A stretch of 64,000 bases of DNA, taken from NCBI RefSeq assembly GCF_963921235.1, contig NC_086097.1, forward strand, positions 67,644,001-67,708,000. The letters run 5' to 3'. A program made the translations under genes and the position numbers. This document shows positions 63,090 to 64,000 of this stretch, piece after piece; position 1 is the stretch's first letter, and each line of letters opens with the position of its first letter. This stretch comes from Mobula hypostoma (lineage: Eukaryota). The notes beneath the pieces were generated by a model. It searched no databases, was not told the DNA's origin, and was given only the letters and a program-made list of their open reading frames with translations.

Positions 63090-63845
63090 GTCAGAATTAG
63101 AATCAGCTTTACTTTCATGATCTTATATGAATTTTGGTGTTTTGCAGCAGCATTACAGTGAAAAGACATGATTACTATAAATTACAGAATAAATAAATGG
63201 TGCAAAAAAAAGGGTAGTGTTCATGGGTTCACAGACAACAGGAATTTGTTGATAGAGGGAAGGAAGTTGTTCCTGATTCATTGAGTGTACATCTTTAAGC
63301 TCTGTATCTCCTCCCTGATGGTAGTAATAAAAAGAGGGCATGTCCAGCATGGTGAGGTCATCTTCTTGAGCCACCTCCTCTTGAATATGTCCTCACTGGT
63401 GGGAGGATCGTGCCTGTGATGAAACTGGGTGAGTCTACAACTCTTCATATCTCTTCCAATCCTGCGCACTGGAGCCTCCATACCACAACATGACACAACC
63501 AGTCAGAAGAACGCTATCCACCATATACCTATAGAAATTTGCAGAAGTCTTTGGTGACATACCAAATCTCTTCAAGCTTCTAATAAAGAAAAGTTGCTCA
63601 TGTGCTTTCTTAGTGATTGCATTAATGTGTTGGGTCTAGGACATATCCTCTGAGATATTGACACCAATGAACTTAAAATCTGCTCACCCTTTCTACCAAT
63701 GATCCCTTGATGAGGGCTGGTTCATTTTTTCTGGACTTATCCACCCAAAGTCCACAATTAATTCCTTGGTCTTGTTGACGTTAAGTGTGAGGTTAACCAC
63801 TCAACAAGCTGATCTATCTTATGCCTGTACACCTCTTCATCATAC
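63090..63845 (-). mobile_element. Rex1/Babar-type LINE 3' fragment
   Basis: Reverse complement encodes NFYRYMVDS.L...MSCCG and FKFIGVNISED-like segments; TCAGAATTAGAATCAG tail. Confidence 0.8.
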
Positions 63846-64000
63846 CAGAATATGATGGTTTGCCGAATGATTATTCCTCATCGATTTGTCAAGGTGGTCA
63901 GTATCAGGAGGCTATTTTACCAAAAAGACATGATAGCTAAAATCGACTTTGCCCTCACTTTGCATCAATAATACATATTTCAGACAAGGTTACTGAACAG

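Noticed and set aside
45344..64000. Upstream NPAS3 exon (VELTGSSVFDY...) and, at 1-3387, the downstream exon (LLNKGQCVTKYYRW...)
   Set aside because: Not found by eye; presumably outside the window.

Overview
Vertebrate genomic DNA; the repeat families point to a cartilaginous fish, probably a ray (inference). The whole window lies inside the bHLH-PAS gene NPAS3 on the minus strand. Three coding exons are present (45228-45343, 4116-4309, 3388-3494), all with GT-AG sites and compatible phases, separated by introns of about 40.9 kb and 621 bp. The rest is intron filled with retroelements (CR1, Rex1/Babar, a Tx1-like element, an R4/Dong-like element, Neptune-type Penelope-like elements [PLEs], SINEs) alternating with repeat-free stretches that may be conserved enhancers. 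The most interesting system is the PLE family. It carries a minimal type-I hammerhead ribozyme motif (AGTC-CTGAYGA-stem II-GAAA-CGTC-GACT) in about 9 recognisable copies. It has also produced small hairpin (foldback) and solo-ribozyme insertions with 13-14 bp target-site duplications, and their strand-switch points cluster at the ribozyme. Also notable: a tiny head-to-head (TTAGGG)n/(CCCTAA)n scar inside a LINE, a four-level nest of retroelements, and an R4/Dong element sitting in a (TAA)n target. All repeat names come from motif recognition by eye, not database searches, and repeat boundaries are approximate.
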